Shown: positions 41,901 to 52,732 of the stretch, piece by piece
Layout: each line of letters opens with the position of its first letter
Position numbering within the stretch: the first letter of the stretch is position 1
DNA from: Octopus sinensis
Lineage: Eukaryota
Assembly (NCBI RefSeq): GCF_006345805.1
Contig: NC_043005.1
Location: forward strand, 6,448,001-6,512,000
Reading direction: 5' to 3'
DNA: 64,000 nt
The notes under the pieces: model-generated
Seen by the model: only the letters and a program-made list of their open reading frames with translations
Databases searched by the model: none
What the model was told of the DNA's origin: nothing
Position numbers and translations under genes: made by a program

Positions 41901-42733
41901 TGTGGGTACTTTTATGAATGGGTTTTGGGATTTATGGTTTAATATGAATTGTGTTTCATAGTTGAGGAAGAAATCTTTGTTGTTTTCCCAGCGTTTGAGG
42001 GAGGTTCGTTCTCCTTTTCACATTCATCTTTCCATAGTTAATAACAAGTTCGAGGGGCTGTTCGTTGGTGTGTGAGGTTAGTTCTAGAAGTATCTTATCG
42101 TCTATTTTTGTGTATTTTTGTTCGTGGTTTTGTGCTCTGAGTTTTAGAAGTTCTACTTCGGTTTTCATTTTTTCCAATGTTAGTTTTTCTCTTAGGGAGC
42201 GTTGTTTTTCAGGTTCGTCTGGGATGTGTTTGATTTGAATTTTCGGGGTAGTATGATAGGGGAGGAGTTTAACCATTTGTCGTAAATTTCAGCTTTGTTT
42301 TGGTTTTTGAGCATGTTCCAGAAGAGAGTTTTCTGTTGTGTAGTTTCTTAGTCCAAGTAGTGATGATCTGGTTTTTAATGCGTTGTACTGGGGTTGAAGT
42401 GTGTTCCTTCTGTGTGTTGAGTGGTGTCTGAGGTCTCTTTGGCGTTGAATTGGTAAGTAGAGTTTTCAGTGTAGTATTGATTTCATTTAGGTTTACATCA
42501 ATCTTATCCGAAAGTAGAGTTTTCAGTGTAGTGTTGATTTCGTTTAGGTTTACATCAATTTTATCCGAAAGTTGTTGATGATGGTTGTTTTCTGAGTTGT
42601 CCCGGGATTGATGGAGAAGTTCGTCAATTTTTTGGGAGAATGTAAGTAGATGTGTATTGAGTACTTTGAGTTCTTTTAGAATGGTTTTATTGGTGACTGT
42701 CTCTGTAAGAGTGCTCTTGTTTTTCGGAGGCAT
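38982..42733 (-). pseudogene. Penelope-like ORF (N-terminal extension, RT, thumb, Cys linker, GIY-YIG endonuclease) broken by several frameshifts
   Basis: KFTPTP; IKEADKGSAVVLMD; SFDVINLYTNIPH; GIAMGTKAAPVLANL; YLDD at 40038-40049; LPFLDLLI; YHKPTDSQQYL; CARSNCGTC; LIYVLTCAGCQHNYVGQT; stop TGA at 38982. Confidence 0.9.
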
Positions 42734-42814
42734 TCTGAATCACACGTGTGGTAGAGGGTACAGATCAATAAATGGTGGGGTTGTGTTGACCGCACGTGGA
42801 GAAATGATAAGCAA

Positions 42815-43022
42815 GGAAATTTTTTTTTTTTTTAAATGCACAATGCTCAAATGAAAGAAAATTTTAATAAAATGAGAAATTGATAAAATATATAAATATA
42901 TATTTATTCAACCGGTTTTCGTCATTGTATGACTTGTCAAGAATATTTATGTTAAAAAAGTTTTTTAAAAATTAGAAAGGGGAAAAAGAGAAAATTGCAT
43001 TGTTTTTTGCAAAAGAATAATA
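42815..43022 (-). repeat. Penelope 5' pseudo-LTR
   Basis: Direct repeat of 38230-38428; lies 82 bp upstream of the ORF start. Confidence 0.85.
42905..42945 (-). ncRNA. Minimal hammerhead-like motif with U3-A8 core variant, in the pseudo-LTR
   Basis: UAUUC-UUGACAA-GUCA(UACAA)UGAC-GAAAA-CCGG-UU-GAAUA; indel-bearing copy at 38316-38354. Confidence 0.55.
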
Positions 43023-43386
43023 TTAAATATATTTAAAATTGAGGATAAAATCTTTATTATCAGTAGTTAGAGTGAAAAACCTCGTAAGAGAAAAAATCCG
43101 TAAATTTTCCCACTTTGAAAATATTTATTTATATTATATAGAGGGTACTACTATTCATAGATACCGCACTACTGATAATTTCTTATAAAGATTTTATCCT
43201 CAATTTTAAATTTATATTTTTCACCGGAATAGTTCAATACTGAATTTTTGTTCCGAGTAAGCAATTTGTTACCGAAGTGCATTGCGAATAAGCCCGCCAT
43301 TTTCATAGATATGTAAAGATAAACATTCGTACATGCTACGACGAATTCTACGGTTTGTAATTTTATGTTTTTTTCTTATATGTCTT

Positions 43387-43463
43387 GAGTCTGTTGCACT
43401 GATGAGCATAGAATGCATATTCTGCATTAATTGCGAAATCACAGGTGATATGTAACTAAATTC
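43387..43463 (+). ncRNA. Type I hammerhead ribozyme motif (most canonical in the window)
   Basis: GUUGCA-CUGAUGA-GCA..UGC-GAAA-UCAC(AG)GUGA-UA-UGUAAC; 6-bp stem I plus distal GAGU/AUUC; predicted cut after 43450. Confidence 0.75.
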
Positions 43464-43577
43464 TTTTTTTAAATGACTTGCTTTGAAGTTTTGCATTCGG
43501 TACAGTTTGTTTATTTTAGTAGTTATGGCCGCAAGGGCCCCTCCTAGCGTGCGGTATCTATGAATAGTAGTACCCTC

Positions 43578-43620
<43 letters not shown>

Positions 43621-44537
43621 TTACTGTTGGTGTGTGTTTCTAGGTTATTTCCTTATGAAATCCTTCAGAATAATGACTGATTGGGACATAGAAGATTGAA
43701 AAAAAATATGCTGATAGACAGATAAATTCCACTTATTTCTGAGTAAACAAATTCAAAATGTATTCATTCACTTCATTATTTAGTTCTACATTTTCCTATT
43801 AGTCACAACTCTTTAAAATTGGGAATGAAGAGAGGTTGACAGTGAGGCGCTTCTGTTGATACAATGTGAATATAATCAAAATCGTGTTTTTTCTTTGATC
43901 ACCTAACAACTGAATATCATTTATTGTGTGGCCTTTGATCAAAACACTAGTGACATTATAATATATTGGCAGAAGTAAAACTAAATAAACATATAAACAG
44001 GATTATTTAGGAAATAGAAAATATACTGGTTTATCTTGTCATTGCCAGGAAATACTTACACTGGGGGTAAAAATGTTTGTAATTTTTCTCTCAAATTTGA
44101 ATTCTTAATGAGGTCCAATGGTGTGTTATTCTTGTCATTTTTATAGTAAAAGTCGGCTCCCTGGCCGGCTAGATATCTAGCAACCACAATGCCAGAGAGC
44201 CTTTCTTCCTTTCTCAGGTCCAGCTCATTGCAGTACTACAAATGAATAGATATAAAATGATAATAGTATTACACAAATATTCATAACAGATGTCCCCACA
44301 ACAGTTCAAATAAATCTGCTCATAGATTTCGTTTTTGGATTTGCTTTGCAAGATTCTTTATGTGAGTTCGTGTGTTGAAGCATATACTGCTGTCTGGGGA
44401 GAGTCATTCTCTTTTAGTGCCTTATAATTTAGGAAAATAAAGAAGGCGGTAAGTGGAAATTTTACCGGTGAGTGTGTTAAATTATAAGACACTAAAAGAG
44501 AATAAATCTCCCCAGACACAACAGTACTCATAGATTG

Positions 44538-45216
44538 TTTATCCAGTAAACAGTACTATTACACTATTCCATATCCTATCCCTTTTCTCGTTCAGTTTCC
44601 GTATTTAGGCCCAATCGATTGTTTATGGCAATAATCTAGAGCTAAAAAGAAATCTTACAAACTATTAATTTGATTAGTGGATGAATAAGATATTTTGATT
44701 GTACGCCTTTTTGTCTAATATATTTACTCACTTGTTAAAATAATCCAGAGACATATCTTATTCACCCACTAATCAAATTAATAGTTTGTAAGATCTCTTT
44801 TTGCAATAAATTATTACCGTAAACAACGGATTGAGCCTTAAGACGGAAACTGAACGCGAAAAAGGATAGGACATGGAACAGTGTAATGGTAAATAGGTAT
44901 AACTCCCGATTTCCCGCTATTACCAGTCAATTCATTTATTTTACTCAGATGTACATTCGTTTGTTAAAATGATATAGGGGCATTACTTATTCACCCACTA
45001 ATACCATTAATAGGTTCTAATACCTATTTTTAGCAATAAACTATTACAATAAATGTTAACAAAATATTTAATAGCTTAATTATGCCTAACCGATTCTAAA
45101 ATTTATATATTGACATAAGACTGGAGACAGGAATGAGAGTGGAACTAAAATGGGAACGGAAAAGGGAACTGGAAATAAACCCTGTTTTTCCCGGTAGTAC
45201 TGGGTAATTCAGCTAG
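44538..45216. repeat. Diverged fold-back (arms about 44538-44695 / 44755-44905) plus a third copy ending in a Helitron-like hairpin and CTAG
   Basis: cttacaaactattaatttgattagtgg versus ccactaatcaaattaatagtttgtaag; cccggtagtactggg..CTAG|T at 45190-45216. Confidence 0.55.
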
Positions 45217-45232
45217 TATATATACATATTAG

Positions 45233-45655
45233 GGCGGTGAGCTGGCAGAATCATTAGCATGCCAGGCGAAATGCTTAGCGGTATTTCGTTTGCTGCTACG
45301 TTCTGAATTCAAATTCCGCTGAGGTAGACTTTGCCTTTCATCCTTTCGGGGTCGATAAATTAAGTACCAGTCACACACTGAGGTTGATATAATCGACTTA
45401 GCCCGTTTGTCTGTCCTTGTTTGTCCTCTCTATGTTTAGCCCCTTGTGTGTAGTAAAGAAATAGAAATAGGTATTTCGTCTGCCGTTACGTTCTGAGTTC
45501 AAATTCCGCTGATGTCGACTTTGCCTTTCATCCTTTCGGGGTCGATTAGAAAATTATCAGTTACATAATGGGGTCAATGTAATCGACTTAATCCCTTTGT
45601 ACGTCCTTATTTGTCCTCTCTATGTTTAGCCCCCTGTGTGCAATAAAGAAGTAAG
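45233..45655 (+). mobile_element. SINE family B: full copy followed by a headless tandem copy
   Basis: ggcggtgagctggcagaatc..gttctgaattcaaattcc; body repeated from 45471. Confidence 0.85.
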
Positions 45656-45688
<33 letters not shown>

Positions 45689-45711
45689 TCACAAACAATT
45701 TTAAATCTTAC

Positions 45712-45921
45712 CTCATTTAAAATATCCATCGTTATGCCCTCGGAATCAAACATATCATTTTTAACAGCAAGGTGCAAACAAGTGTTACCTTCACCATCAA
45801 CAACATTTATGCTTGCACCTCGGTCTATTAATTTGTGCATCATTCCGAGGTGACCTTGGGAGACGGTTTCAAGCAAAGGAGTCATTTCCTTATGGTTCTT
45901 CTTATCCAGTTTCACTGAATC
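45712..45921 (-). CDS. Internal exon encoding about two ankyrin repeats (70 aa, phase 0-0)
   Basis: DSVKLDKKNHKEMTPLLETVSQGHLGMMHKLIDRGASINVVDGEGNTCLHLAVKNDMFDSEGITMDILNE; TPL..A..G and GNTCLHLA motifs; polypyrimidine tract plus AG acceptor, GAG|gtaaga donor. Confidence 0.85.
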
Positions 45922-46260
45922 CTTTGTGGAGTTAAAAATAGAAAATGAAAAACTTACATGAAAATTAGGATGGATATCAATGTGTCATAAGTGTCTTATA
46001 CTGAGTTCTTGATCAAACCGATCAGATACATTTCATGTTTGTCAGAGATACCAAACTTCTATTACGACCCTCTATAAGTTGCTTTGTGTTAGAGGCATGG
46101 TAAATCTATTCAGATGTAATAAATGGATTGTTTCCACTTAATCTACATTTATCCCTCACTAAAAGTAAGCTTTAGGGGAGTTGAACAAGAATGAATGCAT
46201 GATTAACAGATCAAGTCTAGGAAAGAAGAATTATAATTTCTAAGGTATACTTTTGATATC

Positions 46261-46440
46261 GTGAGGTATACTTGCCATCTCAATATGGCACACTTTCTGT
46301 GCCCGTATGGTATGTGAATACCATAAGGGCACAGAAAGTGTGCCTAAAGCCAGCTGGAGACGATGTTCTCCTGGGGCTACAAGCTACAGTAACACCCACC
46401 ATTAGTGGTTAGCTATATTGAGATGGCAAGTATACCTCAC
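46261..46440. repeat. Nested double inverted repeat
   Basis: Outer 26-bp perfect arms 46261-46286 / 46415-46440; inner 27-bp arms 46287-46313 / 46318-46344 with 4-nt loop and one mismatch. Confidence 0.92.
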
Positions 46441-46589
46441 ATTGTCGTGCAGTTACTGTTTATACCTCGTTCAGAGATTTATCGTTACTTTTGATATCGC
46501 TATATAAATAAGGTGTTCATAAAACTGCTGAGGCGATTAGTGTCCACATCCATAAAATTAATGTAGTCTCACATACACACACACGCACG

Positions 46590-46695
<106 letters not shown>

Positions 46696-46826
46696 AAAAT
46701 TCTATAATTATAAGTATAATTATAATTAGGATTGTTCGAAGTGCTGGCTTTTGGATATTGGTTATTCTGTGTCGCTTGGTCGAATACGTATTTAATTATT
46801 ATTAGTTTCAAATTTTTAATTGAAAT

Positions 46827-46899
46827 ACTACACTGAAGAAGGAAATAAGTGAGTAAATATAAACTTTGCATCTCTTTAATACTGAAACGCGTATGTGGT
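46827..46899 (+). ncRNA. Minimal type I hammerhead motif with eroded stem II
   Basis: ACUACA-CUGAAGA-...-GAAA-CGCG-UA-UGUGGU. Confidence 0.55.
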
Positions 46900-46991
46900 T
46901 AATCAAAGTCGGGTAGATTCGATATTTTTTCTCTTTACCTCCGTAAAATTTCGGTATGTGGTGAAGGAATTTCCTGAATCCTAATTATAAT

Positions 46992-47023
<32 letters not shown>

Positions 47024-47337
47024 GGAGTACAACTCCAAACTTACAGGGAAAAATTCAATTTAGTATTAAATGAAATTTCACAATATATATATATATATAG
47101 ATTATATTAGAGAAAAACCACCATTATGCAATTCAAACAATGAAAGACATAAGCCAAATAATAAATAAAAAATTAATATATTTTAAAACATATAACTAGA
47201 TCACAAAAAGTACAAAAATGAATAAACAATATATAATAAGTAAAAAGATTAGGTAGTTTCATGGCTATAATCTAAATTCGAATTACAATTAAATTAAAAA
47301 TTAATGGAAAAACAATGTAATATATATTTGTTAACTA

Positions 47338-50300
47338 ACCGACAGAGATCAAAGAGGAATACCGACAGAGATCAAAGAGGAATGCCGGCAGAGATCAAAG
47401 GGGAGTCCCAACAGAGATCAAAGAGGAATGCTGTCAGAGATCAAAGACGAATGCCGACAGAGATCAAAGGAGAGTACCGACAGAGATCAAAGGGGAGTAC
47501 CGACAGATATCAAAGAGGAATGCCGGCAGATATCAAAGAAGAGTACCGGCAGAGATCAAAGAGGAATGTCGTCAGAGATCAAAGGGAATTACCGACATAG
47601 ATCAAAGAGGAATGCCGTCAGAGATCAAAGAGGAGTACCGACAGAGATCAAAGAGGAATGCCGATCGGCATTCCTCTTTGATCTCTGTCGATACTCCCCT
47701 TTGATCTCTGTCGGCATACATCTTTGATCTTTGTCGGTACTCCCCTTTGATCTCTCTCGGTACTCCCCTTTGATCTTTGTCGGCATTCCTCTTTGATCTC
47801 TGTCGGTACTCCTCTTTGATCTCTGACGGCATTCCTCTTTGATCTCTGTAGGTACTCCCATTTGATCTCTGTCGATACCCTTCTTTGATCTCTGAGGGCA
47901 TTCCTCTTTGATCTCTGCCGGTACTCCCCTTGGAACTGTGTCGGAATTCCTCTTTGATCTCTGTCGGTACTCATCTTTGATCTCTGACGGCATTCCTCTT
48001 TGATCTCTGTCAGGACTCATCTTTGATCTCTGTCGACATTCCTCTTTGATCTCTGTCGGTACTCCCCTTTGATCTCTGTCAGCATTCCTCTTTGATCTCC
48101 GACGGCACTTCTCTTTGATATAGACGGCATTGCTCTTTGATATCTGATTGCATTCCTCTTTGATCTCTGTCGGTCTCCTCTTTGATCTCTGACGGCATTC
48201 CTCTTTGATCTCTGTCGGTACTCCTATTTGATCTCTGTCGACATTCCTCCTTGATCTCTGTCGGTACTCCTCTTTGATCTCTGTCGGCATTCCTCTTTGA
48301 TCTCTGTCGGCATTCCTCTTTGATCTCTGACGGCATTCCTCTTAGATCTCTGTCGGTACTCCTCTTTGATCTATGTCGGCATTCCTCTTTGATCTCTGTC
48401 GGTACTCCTATTTGATCTCTGTCGGTACTCCCCTTTGATCTCTCTCGGTATTCCTCTTTCATCTCTGACGGCATTCCTCTTTGATCTCTGTCGGTACTCC
48501 CCTTTGATCTCTGTCGGCATTCCTCGTTGATCTCTGTCGGTACTCCTATTTGATCTCTGGCGGTACCCCCCTTTGATCTCTCTTGGTACTCCTCTTTGAT
48601 CTCTGTCGGAACTCCCCTTTGATATCTGTCGGCATTCCTCTTTGATCTCTGTCGGTACTCCTATTTGATCTCTGTCGGCATTCTATTTGATCTCTCTCGG
48701 TACTCTTCTTTGATCTCTGTCGGCATTCCCCTTTGATCTCTGTCGGTACTCCCCTATGATCTCTGTCGGCATTCCTCTTTGATCTCTGTCGGCATTCCTC
48801 TTTGATCTTTGACTGCATTTGTCTTTGATATCTGTCGGTACTCCTCTTTGATCTATGTCGGCATTCCTCTTTGATCTCTGTCAGTACTCCTATTTGATCT
48901 CTGTCGGTACTCCCCTTTGATCTCGTTCGGTACTCCTCTTTGATCTCTGACGGCATTCCTCTTTGATCTCTGTCGGTACTCCCCTTTGATCTCTGTCCGA
49001 ATTCCTCTTTGATCTTTGACGGCATTTGTCTTTGGTATCTGTCGGTACTCCTCTTTGATCTATCTCGGAATTCCTCTTTGATCTCTGTCGGTACACCTAT
49101 TTGATCGCTGTCGGTACTCCCTTTTGATCTCTCTCGGTACTCCTCTTTGATATCTGACGGCATTCCTCTTTGATCTCTGTCGGTACTCCCCTTTGATCTC
49201 TGTCGGCATTCCTCTTTGATCTCTGTCGGTACTCCTCTTTGATCTCTGTCGGAACTCCCCTTTGATCTCTGTTGGCATTCCTCTTTGATCTCTGTCGGTA
49301 CTCCTATTTGATCTCTGTCGGCATTCTATTTGATCTCTCGGTACTCCTCTTTGATCTCTGATGGCATTCCTCTTTGATCTCTGTCGGTACTCCCCATTGA
49401 TCTCTGTCGGCATTCCTCTTTGATCTCTGTCGGTACTCCTTTGATCTCTGTCGGCATTCCTCTTTGATATCTGTCGGTATTCCCTTTGATCTCTGTCGGC
49501 ATTCCTCTTTGATCTCTGTCGGTACTCCTCTTTGATCTCTGTCGGTACTCCTCTTTGATCTCTATCGGCATTCCTCTTTGATCTCTGACGGCATTCCTCT
49601 TTGATCTCTGTCGGTACTCCTCTTTGATCTCCGTCGGCATTCCTCTTTGATCTCTGTCGGTATTCCCTTTGATCTCTGTCGGCATTCCTCTTTGATCTCT
49701 GTCGGTACTCCCCTTTGATATCTGTCGGCATTCCTCTTTGATCTCTGTCGGCATTCCTCTTTGATTTTTGACGGCATTTGTTTTTGATATCTGTCGATAC
49801 TCCTCTTTGATCTATGTCGGCATTCCTCTTTGATCTCTGTCGGCATTCCTATTTGATCTCTGTCGGTACTCCCCTTTGATCTCTATCGGCATTCCTCTTT
49901 GATCTCTGACGGCATTCCTCTTTGATCTCTGTCGGTACTCCTCTTTGATCTCTGTCGACATTCCTCCTTGATCTCTGTCGGTACTCCTCTTTGATCTCTG
50001 TCGGCATTCCTCTTTGATCTCTGTCGGCATTCCTCTTTGATCTTTGACGGCATTTGTCTTTGACATTTGTCGGTACTCCTCTTTGATCTATGTCGGCATT
50101 CCTCTTTGATCTCTTTCGGTACTCCTATTTGATCTCTGTCGGTACTCCCCTTTGGTCTCTCTCGGTACGCTTCTTTGATCTCTGTCGGTACTCCTATTTG
50201 ATCTCTAGCGGTACTCCCCTTTCATCTCTCTCAGTACTCCTCTTTGATCTCTGACGGCATTCCTCTTTGATCTCTGTCGGTACTCCCCTTTGATCTCTGT

Positions 50301-51541
50301 CGGTACTCCCCTTTGATCTCTGTCGGCATTCCTCTTTGATCTCTGTCGGTACTCCTCTTTGATCTCTGTCGGCATTCCTCTTTGATCTCTGTCGGTACTC
50401 CCCTTTGATCTCTGTCGGCATTCCTCTTTGATCTCTTTCGGTACTCTTATTTGATCTCTGTCGGTACTCCCCTTTGGTCTCTCTCGGTATGCTTCTTTGA
50501 TCTCTGTCGGTACTCCTATTTGATCGCCAGCGGTACTCCCCTTTCATCTCTCTCAGTACTCCTCTTTGATCTCTGACGGCATTCCTCTTGATCTCTGTCG
50601 GTACTCCCCTTTGATCTCTGTCGGCATTCCTCTTTGATCTCTGTCGGTACTCCTCTTTGATCTCTGTCGGCATTCCTCTTTGATCTCTGTCGGTACTCCC
50701 CTTTGATCTCTGTCGGCATTCCTCTTTGATCTCTGTCGGTACTCCTCTTTGATCTCTGTCGGCATTCCTCTTTGATCTCTATCGGTATTCCTCTTTGATC
50801 TTTGACAGCATGTCTTTGATATCTGTCGATACTCCTCTTTGATCTATGTCAGCTTTCCTCTTTGATCTCTGTCGGTACTCCTATTTGATCTCTGTCGGTA
50901 CTCCTCTTTGATCTCTCTCGGTACTCCTCTTTCATCTCTGACGGCATTCCTCTTTGATCTCTGTCGGTACTCCTCTTTGGTCTCTGTCGGCATTCCTCTT
51001 TGATCTCTGTCGGTACTACTCTTTGATCTCTGTCGTCATTCCTCTTTGATCTCTATCGGTATTCCTCTTTGATCTTTGACAGCATGTCTTTGATATCTGT
51101 CGATACTCCTCTTTGATCTATGTCAGCTTTCCTCTTTGATCTCTGTCGGTACTCCTATTTGATCTCTGTCGGTACTCCTCTATGATCTCTCTCGGTACTC
51201 CTCTTTCATCTCTGACGGCATTCCTCTTAGATCTCTGTCGGTACTCCTCTTTGATCTCTGTCGGCATTCCTCTTTGATCTCTGTCGGTACTCCCCTTTGA
51301 TCTCAGTCGGCATTCCTCTTTGATCTCTGTCGGCATTCCTCTTTGATCTCTGACGGCATTCCTCTTTGATCTCTGCCGGTACTCCTCTTTGATCTCTGAC
51401 AGCATTCCTCTTTGATCTCTGTCGGTACTCCTCTTTGATCTCTGTTGGCATTCCTCTTTGATCTCTCTCGGTACTCCTCTTTGATCTCTGTTGGCATTCC
51501 TCTTTGATCTCTCTCGGTACTCCTCTTTGATCTCTGTTGGC
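47338..51541. repeat. 23-bp minisatellite (about 180 units), with orientation flip at 47664/47665
   Basis: Unit tttgatctctgtcgg(cat/tac)tcc(t/c)c; junction ggaatgccga|tcggcattcc. Confidence 0.95.
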
Positions 51542-51894
51542 GCAACAATAACATTGTTGATTTAATAAGAACCTTAATCATCATCTGCATCAACTTGCCC
51601 ATCATTATCTGCATCATCAGCCGCAGCAATATCGTCCTCCTCCTCATCATCATCATCATCACTATCGTCATCATATTTCAACCATTAAACATTATTTTAC
51701 TAAATGCCTGATTGGCTCTTTCTTCTTTTTCTTTCTTTCCTTCTTCCAGTACTAAAAAGGATAAAATTCGAAAAGAAGAAACTCACCCAATGAAACCGAG
51801 ACAATCTGCGGAAGATGTAAAACTTTAATGTACGTACGTATGTATGTATGTTCGTATGTATGTATGTATGTATGTATATATATATGTATGTATG

Positions 51895-51925
<31 letters not shown>

Positions 51926-52317
51926 ATATGTATGTATGTATGTGTGTATGTATATGTGTATCTGTGTATGTATGTATGTATGTACGTACGTATGTATGTG
52001 TGTTCGTATGTATGTATGCATGTATGTATGTAGGTGAGCACACATGTATGTATGTAGGTGAGACAGATAGACAAATAGATACATAGATCACAAGTAACAC
52101 AAGAAACGATACTAATACACTACACGCTTGTAAAGGCATATGCTTATATTTATATAGATGTATAAATGTGTGTGTGTATATATATATATATAAGAGATTG
52201 AAAGTATGGTTGTTAGTTCCACGTGGTTGAATATACAAGGAAAGAGAAAAGATGAAAAACCACTGAAGATTTGTTTGACATGACTAAATAATATTTTGGA
52301 ATCATCAAAACGGAATT

Positions 52318-52731
52318 TTTATACAATATTATACAAAATCAGATTTTTGTCTTCGGAAACATAAAATAACCAGTTTGGCTTGATGCAGTTTGGAACTCGA
52401 GATTTTGTATGCTAGTCGAGATAATTGGTAACCCAGGTATTTTTTATCGAAAACTATAAACCAGAATTAAATATAAACCCATATTGAAAAGTAAAGATTT
52501 AACCACGATAGGTTAAATCTTTACTTTTGAATATAATATTCATATCAGCCAGAATCAAATACAAATCAATATTAAATATTACGGATTTACCTCCCTTGTA
52601 CTGAAGAATAATTTGGTTACCAATTATCTCCCCTAGCAAACAAACTCTTTTAACTCCAAATTCGATCCAGCGAAACTGGTGACGTCATGTTGGAAGAGCA
52701 AAAATCTTATTTTCTATAATATTGCATAATA
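52318..52731. mobile_element. Old MITE with long diverged TIRs and a central hairpin (52481-52532)
   Basis: gagataattggtaacc / ggttaccaattatctc; aaaagtaaagatttaacc / ggttaaatctttactttt. Confidence 0.6.
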
Positions 52732-52732
52732 C

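Larger units (their letters stand above)
38230..43022 (-). mobile_element. Penelope-like element (probably Neptune group), near full length
   Basis: RT and GIY-YIG motifs in order, bounded by about 200-bp direct repeats (pseudo-LTRs) at 38230-38428 and 42815-43022. Confidence 0.92.

Noticed and set aside
47338-51541. CRISPR-like array
   Set aside because: No unique spacers, no cas genes, eukaryotic context
47304-51674. Long R/Q/E/K-rich ORFs (MPTEIKEEYRQRSKRNADRDQRG repeats)
   Set aside because: A 23-bp unit cycles through all three frames and the purine-rich strand simply lacks stop codons; the ORFs overlap in every frame
51545-51680. Acidic minus-strand peptide DDDSDDDDDEEEDDIAAADD
   Set aside because: Derived from degenerate (GAT)n low-complexity sequence; no splice sites
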